DNA of 63,917 bases, the filler included, from Lenisia limosa (lineage: Eukaryota; Protista; Breviatea): the NCBI GenBank assembly GCA_001655205.1. It is 15 parts of 15 records of this genome, joined end to end, with 100 filler letters (N's around TTAATTAATTAA, not from the genome) between each part and the next. Parts side by side here need not be neighbours in the genome. Positions count along the whole stretch, not along the records: positions 8,833 to 24,375 come from LPNZ01010564.1; 14 more parts are not named here. One strand, given 5' to 3'. Numbering within the stretch: position 1 is the stretch's first letter; each line of letters begins with the position of its first letter. The translations under genes and the position numbers were made by a program. Positions 10,196 through 21,242 of this stretch are shown here, piece by piece. Under the pieces are notes generated by a model. That model made no database searches. It had not been told where the DNA came from and saw only the letters and a program-made list of their open reading frames with translations.

Positions 10196-11999
10196 AGGTC
10201 ATTATCTTTGCTTTGGTCCTTCTTCTCCTTTCTCTCCTTCTTCTCCTTCCTTCGCCTTCTTCGCTCCTCACTTGTCTCCTCTCTATCCCCGTGACTCTTT
10301 CTCTCTCCATCACGGTCACGATGTTTCTTCTTTTCCTCTCCAGAGCGGTGCTTTCTTCTCTTTTCCCTCTCCTCACCCTTCTCATCATCTCCCCTCGATT
10401 CCTTCTTCCTTGACTTTTGTCCATCATCTCTGTGCTTTTCTCTTCTTGGCTTATCATCATCGTCTCTTCTCTTCTCTTCCCTTCGCGATTTACCCTCCCG
10501 TTTCGTCCTGCTTTCCTTTGTTTTCCGTTCCTTTGGCTGTTCTTGGGGCGGTGTAGCCCCAGGTGTGGATGTGGGGTACGCCTTAATAGACGACATTTGC
10601 GCCAGTTCATCCTGGGGGGTCATACACGCGGGGGGGAGTCAAATAGGAAAATAAAACAACAAAAGCCCGAAATCAACTCTNNNNNNNNNNNNNNNNNNNN
10701 NNNNNNNNNNNNNNNNNNNNNNNNNNNNNNNNNNNNNNNNNNNNNNNNNNNNNNNNNNNNNNNNNNNNNNNNNNNNNNNNNNNNNNNNNNNNNNNNNNNN
10801 NNNAGGAAAAATGGGAAATCAAGGATTCAAAAAAAGCCCATAATCTGAGGGTGAGTAAGTAAGTACGGTAATTTGCTTTATGGAGTCCCAATGTATTTAT
10901 GTGTTTGCCTATTTTTTATTGTAAGGAACAAGGGATGAAAACAATAAACAGGGAGAGGGGAAGCTCTGGGGAGGGGGAGGGAGTATTTCACAACTTTCTG
11001 CGTGCCTTTCCAACATAATATTCACCCAATCATTTGCCTGTACTAATTCACCCAATCATTTGCCTACAGTTTCTGGGGAGTCGCCGGCGGTAAAGAAGCC
11101 TGCTTCAACCTGGAACTATATAGTCAAAAACAGCGAGAGTGTTTATGAGGACACCTTGGAAAAATGCACCTTGGAAAAATGTATGTGCCACTTTAATAAT
11201 TTCCTCCAAACAATAGTACCTCTTCACGTTGTTTATTAGGACACCCTAAAATTCCCCCAAAAAACTGCCCTCCCCCCCATGGTCCTACGACACTTTAATA
11301 ATTCCCCCAAAAACTGCACTGTTCCAGCCAACGTCATCAATAAGCGAGGTTGTTGTAGGCTTCTTGGCAGGCTTTTTCACTTCTACGTCGCTGTCACTGG
11401 ATTCTGGGGGTGAGGGGGGGATAGCAAATCCTTCAAGGTTCAAATTCAGAGATATGAGACTTAAGAGCTTCACTCATCATCACTTTACGCCAATATTCTT
11501 CATCGAAATTTCNNNNNNNNNNCCCTTGTCAATCTCGACTAGCAAAGCGTCCCCTGAAAAACCCTCCAAATTGCCGAAGGTTCGAGGCCGTGGTCCCGTT
11601 TATAGCAACAAGGTGGGGGTGGGGGGTGGGGGAGTACGTTCAGTTTAGATCTTCACTTCTGTTCAAAAACAGACAAAAGGAGGTGGGAGGGAGAATGAAA
11701 TTGGAGTAGGGCTTCACTTTGGTTCGAAAAAGACCGGTAAAATATCGATAGGTTTCGAGGATTTATCGAGAAATTCAGTCTTTTTTTGAACCGAAGTGAA
11801 GCCCTAAATATACAGTGACCGGGAAGTTTTGACCAATTTGCAATGTGGTTTCCCAAGGAAAATCGGTCAAGACTTATCCCGTCACTGTCCTGCTGTCAAA
11901 CACTCCCAGCGTACCGTCCATTTGTTTTGTAGCCAGGGCGCCTCTGGGGGAATCGCTTTCACTGTCTTCAGACTCAGCGTCCTTGGTTGGCTCATTCTG
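10196..11999 (-). CDS. Multi-exon protein with a Lys/Arg/Glu/Asp-rich low-complexity region
   Basis: Long open exon ~10608-10196 (EQPKERKTKESRTKREGKSRREEKRRDDDD...). Upstream spliced exons: NEPTKDAESEDSESDSPQRR, PPSPPESSDSDVEVKKPAKK and FQVEAGFFTAGDSPET. Confidence 0.5.
11709..11804. mobile_element. MITE family A, best-preserved copy (96 bp, ~26-bp TIRs, TA flanks)
   Basis: TA-gggcttcactttggttcgaaaaagac ... gtctttttttgaaccgaagtgaagccc-TA. By eye there are about 30 copies or fragments in the window. Confidence 0.9.
11813..11887. mobile_element. MITE family B (CAGTG-ended, Tc1-like)
   Basis: TA-cagtgaccgggaagttttgac ... gtcaagacttatcccgtcactg. It shares the internal ccaaggaaaatcg with other copies. 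Confidence 0.8.
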
Positions 12000-12030
12000 A
12001 CGATGTGAGAGGGACTTTAAACAAAATACA

Positions 12031-12064
12031 CTGAACGTGGTAAGTCTTGACTTACCACGTTCAG
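12031..12064. repeat. Perfect 16-bp-arm palindrome (2-nt loop), probably a collapsed family B element
   Basis: ctgaacgtggtaagtc-tt-gacttaccacgttcag. The core aagtcttgac matches the family B TIR. Confidence 0.85.
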
Positions 12065-12545
12065 ATCATAATTGCAGTATAGTCTCTATTGAAACTAGGG
12101 ATAAAGTCGCTATTGAAACTAGGATCATCTATTGAAACTAGGATAGCGGTGCTGCAGAAANNNNNNNNNNTCGTACCGAAGTGAAGCCCTAATAGAGAGA
12201 AAGATACTTATTCTGTGTGATCATGGGGTGGCTCTTTTAAAAAACGTCTGTGTTTGCAGAAAATAACCTTTTATTTTTTAGTTCATAAAAATACGACTTT
12301 TATTACTTTTTATTGTTTAACTAGGGGAGGGTGTGATATGACAGTGACTGAATTTATCGAAAAATATTCGAAAATTATCGATATTTTAATGATTTTTTTC
12401 GAACTGCAATGAAGCCATCACTACATAGTTTTTGGGAGGTCTGGATAGAGCCTCTTTGAGCACACCTTTGCTCCAAATTATGTCACGTTTTATCCATGTT
12501 TTAGCTTTGCTTATCCATATCAGGACTCCAATTTGGGTACACGTA

Positions 12546-12640
12546 TGGTTTCACTTGTATTCGAAAAAGACCTGTACAATATCGATGGTTTTTGAGGATT
12601 TATCGAGCAATTCAGTCTTTTTTCGAACGAAGTGAAGCCC
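12546..12640. mobile_element. MITE family A copy
   Basis: TA-tggtttcacttgtattcgaaaaagac ... gtcttttttcgaacgaagtgaagccc-TA. Confidence 0.8.
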
Positions 12641-12933
12641 TAGGTATACGCTTAGCTAACTACTTCGCGATACTTATTTTTCCCCCAGGTACATAAGCCA
12701 ATACCAAAGAAAGAAAAAATCCTAAAATCGCACCTTTCGTCGTCAAAGAACAGTAGGCAATTATGGATTGGTGTTAACGAAATGTTTCTTTTAGAGTTGT
12801 TTTTTTCTTGTATATATTGGTGATAAATATCAATGAAATATAAACATTTTATATCGATATTTTACACCATGTTAAGTAGAAGAAGATATGATTATATTCT
12901 GACAATGTTGGGTCTTGGCACCACGCAATCATA

Positions 12934-12996
12934 CAGTGACCGGGATAAGTCTTGACTGATGTATACCAAGGAAATCAAGACTTATCACGGTCACCA
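12934..12996. mobile_element. MITE family B copy
   Basis: TA-cagtgaccgggataagtcttga ... tcaagacttatcacggtcacca. Confidence 0.8.
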
Positions 12997-13499
12997 TTCA
13001 GAGCGTCTCAATTGTTTGTTACCGCACATGACAATGTTAAAGTAATGTGTTATAGAAGTCGACAACAAATCTCCAACAAAGGAGAGTGCAAAGGTCTGAA
13101 CATGCATATTTTTACTACATGATATACACATAATTACATAATATCATATCATATAATATTAAAAGTTCCCTGATTGGGGTTTTTTTTTTGTTTTTATGAA
13201 TCCCCGGTAATAGTCTTCAAGAAATTTCCTTCGTTTATGCGACAATTTCCTTCGTTTGCCAATTACTAATGTTACCCCCACTGGAGTGATGGGATGCGGT
13301 GATGCAGAAGCGACTGACATGGGCTTTGTTTGTTTTCTCTAGTAGATCTTTACTTTCGGTTCTTTCTCGATAAATATCGATATTTTGTCAGTCTTTTGGA
13401 ACCGAAAGTGAAGCCCTAGGCTAGCCATTAGCCAACTTTTTTTATTTTTGTTTCATACAGTTACCCTTCCCCCCAGACACAAGGTTCACCACCTAAAAA

Positions 13500-16400
13500 G
13501 GACGTTCTGACAAAAGCTCAGAAAAAGGCTGCGGGTAAGCACCAGATAAAACCCAAAATACCAGGGCTTCCCTACGCTCCGAAAAAGACTGTCAAATATC
13601 GATATTGATCGAGGATCATTTAATCATGATCTTCTCAGCAAGAATGATCAGCATTTCATATTTACTTCTTTTCCCAACACCTCCGCATATCAATGCCTTA
13701 AACTATCACATCATCTATCCCTAGAATATCATATGTTAAAACACATCCACAAGTGATATTTATTCATGAAGAACGGAGATAGCATGAGGGTTGAGTATCA
13801 TTGAGACGGGTCGGTCAAATATCATTGACCCAAAAAATAATATCTTCAACTCCAGCACCACCACATCATACTGTATGATAACCAAAACTCCAGCAAGTAT
13901 CTTAAAGAGTACATAATTCAATCTTCCATTTTCTCTGCTTCATATAAAGTGCATTCAGTAAATTGTCTTCCCATCTCAATCCCATCTCACACATCTCACG
14001 TTAAACATACTATGTACATATATCGATATATTATTGTCATACTACCATATAATGTTACGTTTTAGATGCTGCAGCCAAGGTTGATGCTTATAGTGAGAAG
14101 GTTGGTGAATGGCAGCATATCACTGAGGATATGGGTGATTTTTTTTTCACACAGTGATATGATCACCCAGGAGAAAGTCCCTCCGGTCAAAGTCGAAAAG
14201 AAAATAAAGCCCAAAAAAGTGATTGTAAGCTATTGTAATCTTTCCGTCGTTATTAATGCTGCTCTACGGTACCAAAAACGAATTTCTTTATTACCTACAA
14301 TCCTCCTATGTATACAAGTCCATAAAAGTCTCGATAATACAGACAGAGCATTATATAAATAGTGCAGGGCCGTCAGCCTTACAGTTGTATATACCCCTCT
14401 CACTATTTCCGTTAGGCAAATAATAGGTTGAATTTGTGTTATACCCCAGACTTCAATATCACCTATAAGCGAGATGATGTGTACAGTTTCGGCCAGATAT
14501 TATTATCCACGTGATGGTGTGGACGGTTTAGGCCGGATGCCACTGTGTTGTATTTCCCATCTACTATTCCAGATAGTATGACGTACCAAATTAACCGATA
14601 AAATACCGATATTAACCGAGGACTTTCGAGACATTCAATCTTTTGATGCATGGATGTTTTTTATTTCGATTCGATAGTTTTCAACGATTTATCGAGAAAT
14701 TCAGTTTTTTTTTTTTGAAACAAAGTGAAGCCCTATTTAGTCGTAAGTGGCTGTTTGACCATTCAGACCTTGCAAGACCAAAAAGCTATGACACTGAAAC
14801 AGGTAAGACGAGTGCTCACTTTTTAGCGTTCTGGAGGGAGGAGTATCATGATATATCAAGGGAAGAATTTTCTATTGAAAATTGTTTTGTGAAGTTTTGA
14901 GCATTGTATTATTGAAAAAATGAACATTTGAAATGTTAGTGATATATCACCAACATTTTTATTTCCTATTTTACTCACCAAAATAATTATTCCAAACTAA
15001 GGCTTCACTTCGTTTCAAAAAAACCCGGTACAATATCGATAGTTTTCGACAATTTATCGATAAATTCAGTATTTTTTTCGAAACAAAATGAAGCCATATT
15101 CCTAACACTTCCAGCAACCTGTTGTATTTTCCACCATGTCAAACCTTGTCCATAACCTCGAACCCGTAAGCGTTGATCTTGCATCGGGGTGAATAATGTG
15201 ATACATTTGATCATATATTTAAGCATATTAGATAATAAAAGAGAATATAATTGAATAATACATAATATATCATATAATATGCTATGTCATATATACTATA
15301 ATATCATAAAATACTAGATGATACATGTAGTATTACACACTATTTCTTACGACGCCCACAACCGACCCTTTTAGCTGGCCTTGGATTTGGAGTACAAATT
15401 GCATTCTTGCTCGATCGACTACGGAAAACCCCTGGACGACGACCTCGCTGTAAACCCGAAGTATTACATAAGAGTATGCACAGAGCTATGGCAAATGATT
15501 GGATGAATTTATATTATTCTATAATCACATATTTCTTATAAGCGTGATAATGTACGGCTTCGGTCAGATACAATCTTGTTTTTTTCTTTCTCATTGCTGT
15601 AAACCCCAAGTATTTAATAAGAGTGGGGAGGGGGGTGGGGANNNNNNNNNNNNNNNNNNNNNNNNNNNNNNNNNNNNNNNNNNNNNNNNNNNNNNNNNNN
15701 NNNNNNNNNNNNNNNNNNNNNNNNNNNNNNNNNNNNNGGGGGGGTGGGGGATTTAGGCTATTGACCATTCCAGCACCCTCTCCCCAAACTAACCAAAAAA
15801 GCCAAGGCAAATGAAGACCCTAATAAGTATGCCGTGCGATTAATTGTGTCCAAAATTAAGATCCCATCACTGTACGTCAAATTTTACAATTAACTTCGAT
15901 ATTTACTGTATTAATAAGCCAAGGCTGAACTCATGTTTCGGGATGCCCCTTGCCCCTCTCCGTCAGTCCATGGTCGTCAACCTCAAGATGAAGAATCAGT
16001 TCACCATTATGTACAGCACCTTCCTCTCCGAGAATATTCAGACCGCTGTGAGTACTTACATGTAACTTGCTAGCGAATTGGGATCTTTCAACTCTAGCCA
16101 TCGATGAGAGATTTCATTTACAATCGCTAGAGTGGAATATTCGAGGATTTCAGGTGTTAATTTTCATAATTGCGGTTAAAGGCTAAACCCATTTCCCAGC
16201 TGGGCATTTGAGCTGAGCTAAAAATATGGTATTTTTTTTTTATTTTATTTTTTTTAGTTTTGTTTCAATTTCGTATTTTGCTATTTTATGAAAATTTTAA
16301 CCCCGTTTTAAAAAAAACATTTATCCACACTCACTCCATTTTATATGAGTATCCCCATACAGTTTTTTTTGTTATCTAGATGATATAAGTATTTTCTGAG

Positions 16401-17900
16401 TATTATTTTTTATGCAATTAGTTATTAATTTTGAATTTTGAACTCACAATATAATCTGGAAAGTCTTGAAATAATTAATTCTACTGCTATCCATTTTCCC
16501 CTTCACGCTTATTATTCACAGGTTTATGACGCGAAGCAGAATAAAGTCTTCTTGGTCAAACAGAACGATGACGGAAGCGTGGAATTTACGTGGGGGGGTC
16601 AACAAATAAACCTGGGCTTCACTTCGGTTCGAAAAAAGACTGAAATTCTCGATAAATCCTCGAAAACTATCGATANNNNNNNNNNNNNNNNNNNNNNNNN
16701 NNNNNNNNNNNNNNNNNNNNNNNNNNNNNNNNNNNNNNNNNNNNNNNNNNNNNNNNNNNNNNNNNNNNNNNNNNNNNNNNNNNNNNNNNNNNNNNNNNNN
16801 NNNNNNNNNNNNNNNNNNNNNNNNGGGGTGGTGATCAAAAAATGGTGCTGAGCAATCTCATGTACTTTGCCTCAGAGTGCTTAATGAAAACAACGAGGAA
16901 ATCCTAGTAATTAATTTTTTGAGGAAATTAATTGATCAAACTAGAAATTAAAGTGTCTGAATTAGTGTTCTCGTAGTAATTTATCCGACTTCAAATTTTT
17001 GAAATGAGCCCGAGTAATTAGTCTCCAATTAAAAGTGGACTTATTGTAACAAGGCCATTTCAGACACTTTAATTGCAACATTTATCAATAAATTTCATCA
17101 AAATTAAAGGCACTGTGTCCTTAAAAACGTCATCATATGTGATATATGAAGACTTTTTCAGTGCACTACGGCGCATCGACGTGGGATTCTTGTTAAAACG
17201 TTGGAATACATGGGAATCCCATGGAATTTTATGGCATTTCGCAGAAATGTATGGGATTTCCAAATAATATTTGGGAATGCCAAGTCGATACGCAGTAGTG
17301 TGGAAATATTCGACAAATCTCTAGTACTTATCTCATCTGAAGCTCAAACCCCAAGTGCTTATCCTGTAGGCCAAGTGCAGGCAAACTACAGCAGTTGACA
17401 CTAAACAGGAAGCTTCTTCGACATCAGTAAGCCTCCTTTAACCCCACAACCATACCAAGGGCTTCACATTGGTCGAAAAAAGATTGAATTTCTCGATAAA
17501 TCCTTGAAAATTTTCTCTACCTGTTTTCCCAAACCGAAGTGAAGCCTTAACCATACCCCCTGCCCTCAGTTATGGAATGCGGGTAGAGCTTCTCTCCGAT
17601 CCGGAAAACGACTGAATGTTACGGCATCATCGATAGATTTCATTATTTTACCATCAAGGATTCAATTTGGTCCACAAAAGACTTAATGATTATGTAAATT
17701 ATCAAAATTATCGAAGATTTATCGATGTTGTATCGAGCAATTCAGTCTGTGTTGGAACGAAGTGAAGCCCTAGATGCCATTACCAAATTACCAAACTTCT
17801 ACACTTACCACAGCAGAATTCATGTGGCTGCCAAAGGGGAGACTGTTTTCATTTTCGAGAGTGTTGCAAGTTCGGACATCTCTTTCGTTGTAGGTGTAAA
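13500..17900 (+). CDS. Multi-exon hypothetical protein (many small exons, product unknown)
   Basis: A series of AG/GT-bounded open exons on +, e.g. DAAAKVDAYSEKVGEWQHITEDM, QPVVFSTMSNLVHNLEP, LALDLEYKLHSCSIDYGKPLDDDLA, MPLAPLRQSMVVNLKMKNQF and VYDAKQNKVFLVKQNDDGSVEF. The ends are uncertain and it may be more than one gene. Confidence 0.45.
15000..15096. mobile_element. MITE family A copy
   Basis: TA-aggcttcacttcgtttcaaaaa ... tttttcgaaacaaaatgaagcca-TA. Confidence 0.8.
15474..15600 (+). repeat. Family C copy (diverged)
   Basis: gcacagagctatggcaaatgattggatgaatt...agcgtgataatgtacggcttcggtcagatacaatc...ctcattg. Confidence 0.75.
17164..17300. mobile_element. CACTA-ended non-autonomous DNA element (137 bp, 26-bp imperfect TIRs, TG on both flanks)
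   Basis: Left end cactacggcgcatcgacgtgggattc; the reverse complement of the right end is cactactgcgtatcgacttggcattc. The flanks at 17162-63 and 17301-02 are both TG. Confidence 0.7.
17459..17547. mobile_element. MITE family A copy
   Basis: gggcttcacattggtcgaaaaaaga ... aaaccgaagtgaagcct-TA. Confidence 0.75.
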
Positions 17901-18234
17901 CTTACCGCGAGTTCTGGCACGATTGGCTAAAGATAAGAGCTGAACATCCGTGTCAGGTCTTATCATTGCAGGGTTATTATGATAGCAGGAGAATATAATA
18001 TTTATTATAGGGATACACAATTATACACACGGAAACCATAAACAAACATTATACTTTTGGTAGGTGTAATATTCTTCATAATAATATTCTTCATTTTATT
18101 AAGAAATGAGAAACTGTACAGAATCATTTGTCGCTTATGATAGAATAAGTGTACTCTGTAAACGAAAACTGTTTTCGTTTTTTATATACACTGTATATAA
18201 TATTATTTTGTCATATATAGCTACATGTATATTG

Positions 18235-18341
18235 GGGCTCTGTGCAATTAATTGAAAAATTAATTGCATCGGACCATTTCAGACACTTTAATTGCAAATT
18301 TTCTCAATTATTTTCTTCAAATATTTAATTGCATGGAGCCC
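18235..18341. mobile_element. MITE family E (GGGCTC-ended, AT-rich core)
   Basis: gggctctgtgcaattaa ... ttaattgcatggagccc-TA. The core ccatttcagacactttaattgca recurs at ~17055 and, reversed, at ~16950 and ~24000. Confidence 0.7.
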
Positions 18342-19113
18342 TAACACATTGTATATATTTTAAAAAAATATTAAGGACATTTTTCACCAATATAGTTTCG
18401 AAGCTTTCTCCAACACACCAATTTTAAAATTACCAAGATAAATTGTTCCCTTACAATTGAGGATTATGGTGTGGGGGTAGGGCTTCACTTCGGCTCGAAA
18501 AATAGTGAATTTCTCGATAAATCCTCGAAAACTATCGATATTTCACCAGACGTTTTCGAACCCAATTTCTTGATGGGGGATATTTCTTACCCCCCACTCC
18601 TGTTCTGCTTAATTTGTGTGTCATCTGGTTTATTGTCTAGTTTTAATGTTTTATGTTTGCTATTGCTTGGGTTTTTTTTTTTTGAAGTTTCAGATTATCT
18701 CAAGTACTTTTTTTTTCACTTCCCTTCCCTAGATATGCTATTTTTCACGGGGGCACGACGATCGCAGTTTTTAGCCAATCTGCGGCATCTTGCCATTGTG
18801 AGTGTAGAATATTAAATCAGAGTTTCACTTCACTTTCGGTTCTAAAATGAGCCTTCGGGATAACTCCGCAGGGTCTGTTTTTGCCCATTGGTGGGTGGAG
18901 TTCTAGTATTATTTAATGATATCTGCTTGCTCTGTACCTTTTCGGCCATATACAACATGTTTTTCTTTCATTCTCATTTTTTTATCCTCTACTCATCTAG
19001 CTATGTAAAGTTGAGTAAGAAAAATATGTTGAATATGGCCGAAGCCGTCAACATCACGCTTTTAAGAGATATTGAGTTATATTATATGGCCGAAGCCGTC
19101 GACACGATCAGTA

Positions 19114-19209
19114 GGGCTTCACTTCGTTTCGAAAAATTCCGGTAAAATATCGATAATTTGCGAGGATTCATCGAGAAATTCATTCTTTTTTGGAACCGAA
19201 GTGAAACCT
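19114..19209. mobile_element. MITE family A copy (96 bp)
   Basis: TA-gggcttcacttcgtttcgaaaaa ... ttttttggaaccgaagtgaaacct-TA. It abuts a duplicated family C end (19036-19110). Confidence 0.85.
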
Positions 19210-20875
19210 TAATTGTCAGTCACAACATCAGTTCATAGTGTTTATAGGGGACTGACAGTTCAGGAAGCAGGCTATACATTGCCCTCGACAGATGAGCATT
19301 CCAACTGGAGTTACAAAGATCACATTTTTAAAAGTGAAGGTGAGCGAAGACATTGTTTCAAGGTCCTTTACTTTACAACTCCCTTCCTCTATTACCACTA
19401 TCTCCCTCTGTCCCGAACTCTTTATGACCATGGGCTTCACTCCAATCTCCAAATGACCGGTAAAATCGAAATTTCCTTTTTTTTAGAGAAATTTTGTCTT
19501 TTTTCGGACCGAAGTGACGCCCTCCTTAACCCACTGATTGATATAGATTACGCGCTGTCTTGAAAGTCGTCCTGACCAATGCTAACTAGTCCACTCTCTT
19601 TTGTTGTTTTTTTTATTATGGTTTTATGGATATGTTGTATTTCTACCAGATTTTGTCGTGAGCCAAATAAAAAATTCGCAGACCGTGACCGCGATGAGTC
19701 CTGACACCGATGTGTATCTTAATCTTTAGTTTATCGTGTCACAACATATTGCGGTCAGTATAATATATTGTATCGTAGTGTCATATCACTTTTTGGGTTA
19801 TTTTTACATTTGAACTATCATTTTCCTCAGTGATTTGATACCTCATATCAACTCGTATTAAACGTCTCAGTGATACTCTGACACTCGGGATTCCCTCCTG
19901 CCAACTTTGTTCAAACTTGTATTTACAGTCAATCATGTGGATATGTTAACATAAATTCCTCAGAAGACAGCATCAAAGTCGAGTGCAGGGGGGGGGGGNN
20001 NNNNNNNNNNNNNNNNNNNNNNNNNNNNNNNNNNNNNNNNNNNNNNNNNNNNNNNNNNNNNNNNNNNNNNNNNNNNNNNNNNNNNNNCTCGTCGCTGCTA
20101 CTGATTATTGGTTCCGGTGAGGTGTTTGGATTGTAGCGATGACTAGGTTCGCCCTTGACATTGCCGCGATATGCGGTTCGTATAATAAAAAGTGTCCAGA
20201 CACCTAACAAAGAGGCGCTGAAGTTAATATAAAGACGGTTTCGGAATTTCAGGTTTCTGAATTAGAACTCATCGGCAGCCCTTTCAAAAAGCCCATTTTT
20301 TTATGGAATCTATATAGTATATATACGATATGAATCCATTTTTACACATTCAAAAATATTACGCAATATATATAGGATATCAGATATCAGCAATCTAAAC
20401 TCCATCAATAAAAAATAAATAAAAGGTCAAGACTAAACGGATTTCTAAAGATGACAGGCCTTTAGGTGTAGCTAATTGAGACTGTGTCCATGAAGTCACC
20501 CTGAGAAGTCATTGGAAATTTGCAGTTAAATCCTTAACTGTACATAATACATGGAAGGCTTCGGCCAGATACAACCTTTTTATTTCTTATTGTTATACAT
20601 AGTATACTATATGACATTCATATAAAATATCATTTACAATTGATTTTGTATTTGTTTTAAATGATAATGAAACAACATGAGAAGACATGTAGTTTGAATT
20701 TCTTTAAATCTTCAATACGCATCCATAACATATCATAGTAGGGCTTCGACTGAAATGTCATTCCCACAGAGAAATCTTATTTTAGACAATATACTAGCAC
20801 AGCTCACTTGTCCATAGATCCATTCTCTGAAGGATTCCTAGAGAAGTTAGGCCTTGAAAAAAATGAGGTGCTATT

Positions 20876-21092
20876 CAGTGACCGCGATAAGTCCTGATAT
20901 GATTAACCAAAGGTTAAGCTCATTATCTGTGATAAGTCCTTGTATGCTTGACCCAAGACAAAGCTTAGTCAGTTTATGGTGTCATTGGCGATGTGTAAGG
21001 GCAAGCATTGTTAGTAGCAACAGGGTACGGACTTATTACTGATATTGTGCTTTTTCTTCAGTCAATCATACAGGGACTTATTGCGGTCGGTG
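20876..21092. mobile_element. Longer family B-related element (~217 bp)
   Basis: cagtgaccgcgataagtcctga ... cagggacttattgcggtcggtg-TA. Related ends occur at ~6250-6316, ~7815, ~19682-19760 and ~39530. Confidence 0.65.
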
Positions 21093-21242
21093 TACATGTA
21101 ATATTCGGGGATTCAGTCTTTTTCAGAACTAATATGACTCCCTAGTTGTATATCATATGCTGCATATTTTGGTCAATAAAATAGTGTAATTAATTGAAAA
21201 ATTAATTTCAAAATTTGAAGTGAAACATTGTCATGTGAACTT

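Noticed and set aside
20130-20185. + strand peptide MTRFALDIAAICG resembling a nucleotide-cyclase helix
   Set aside because: It is too short and no other cyclase motifs appear in phase. The nearby well-supported exons are on the minus strand.
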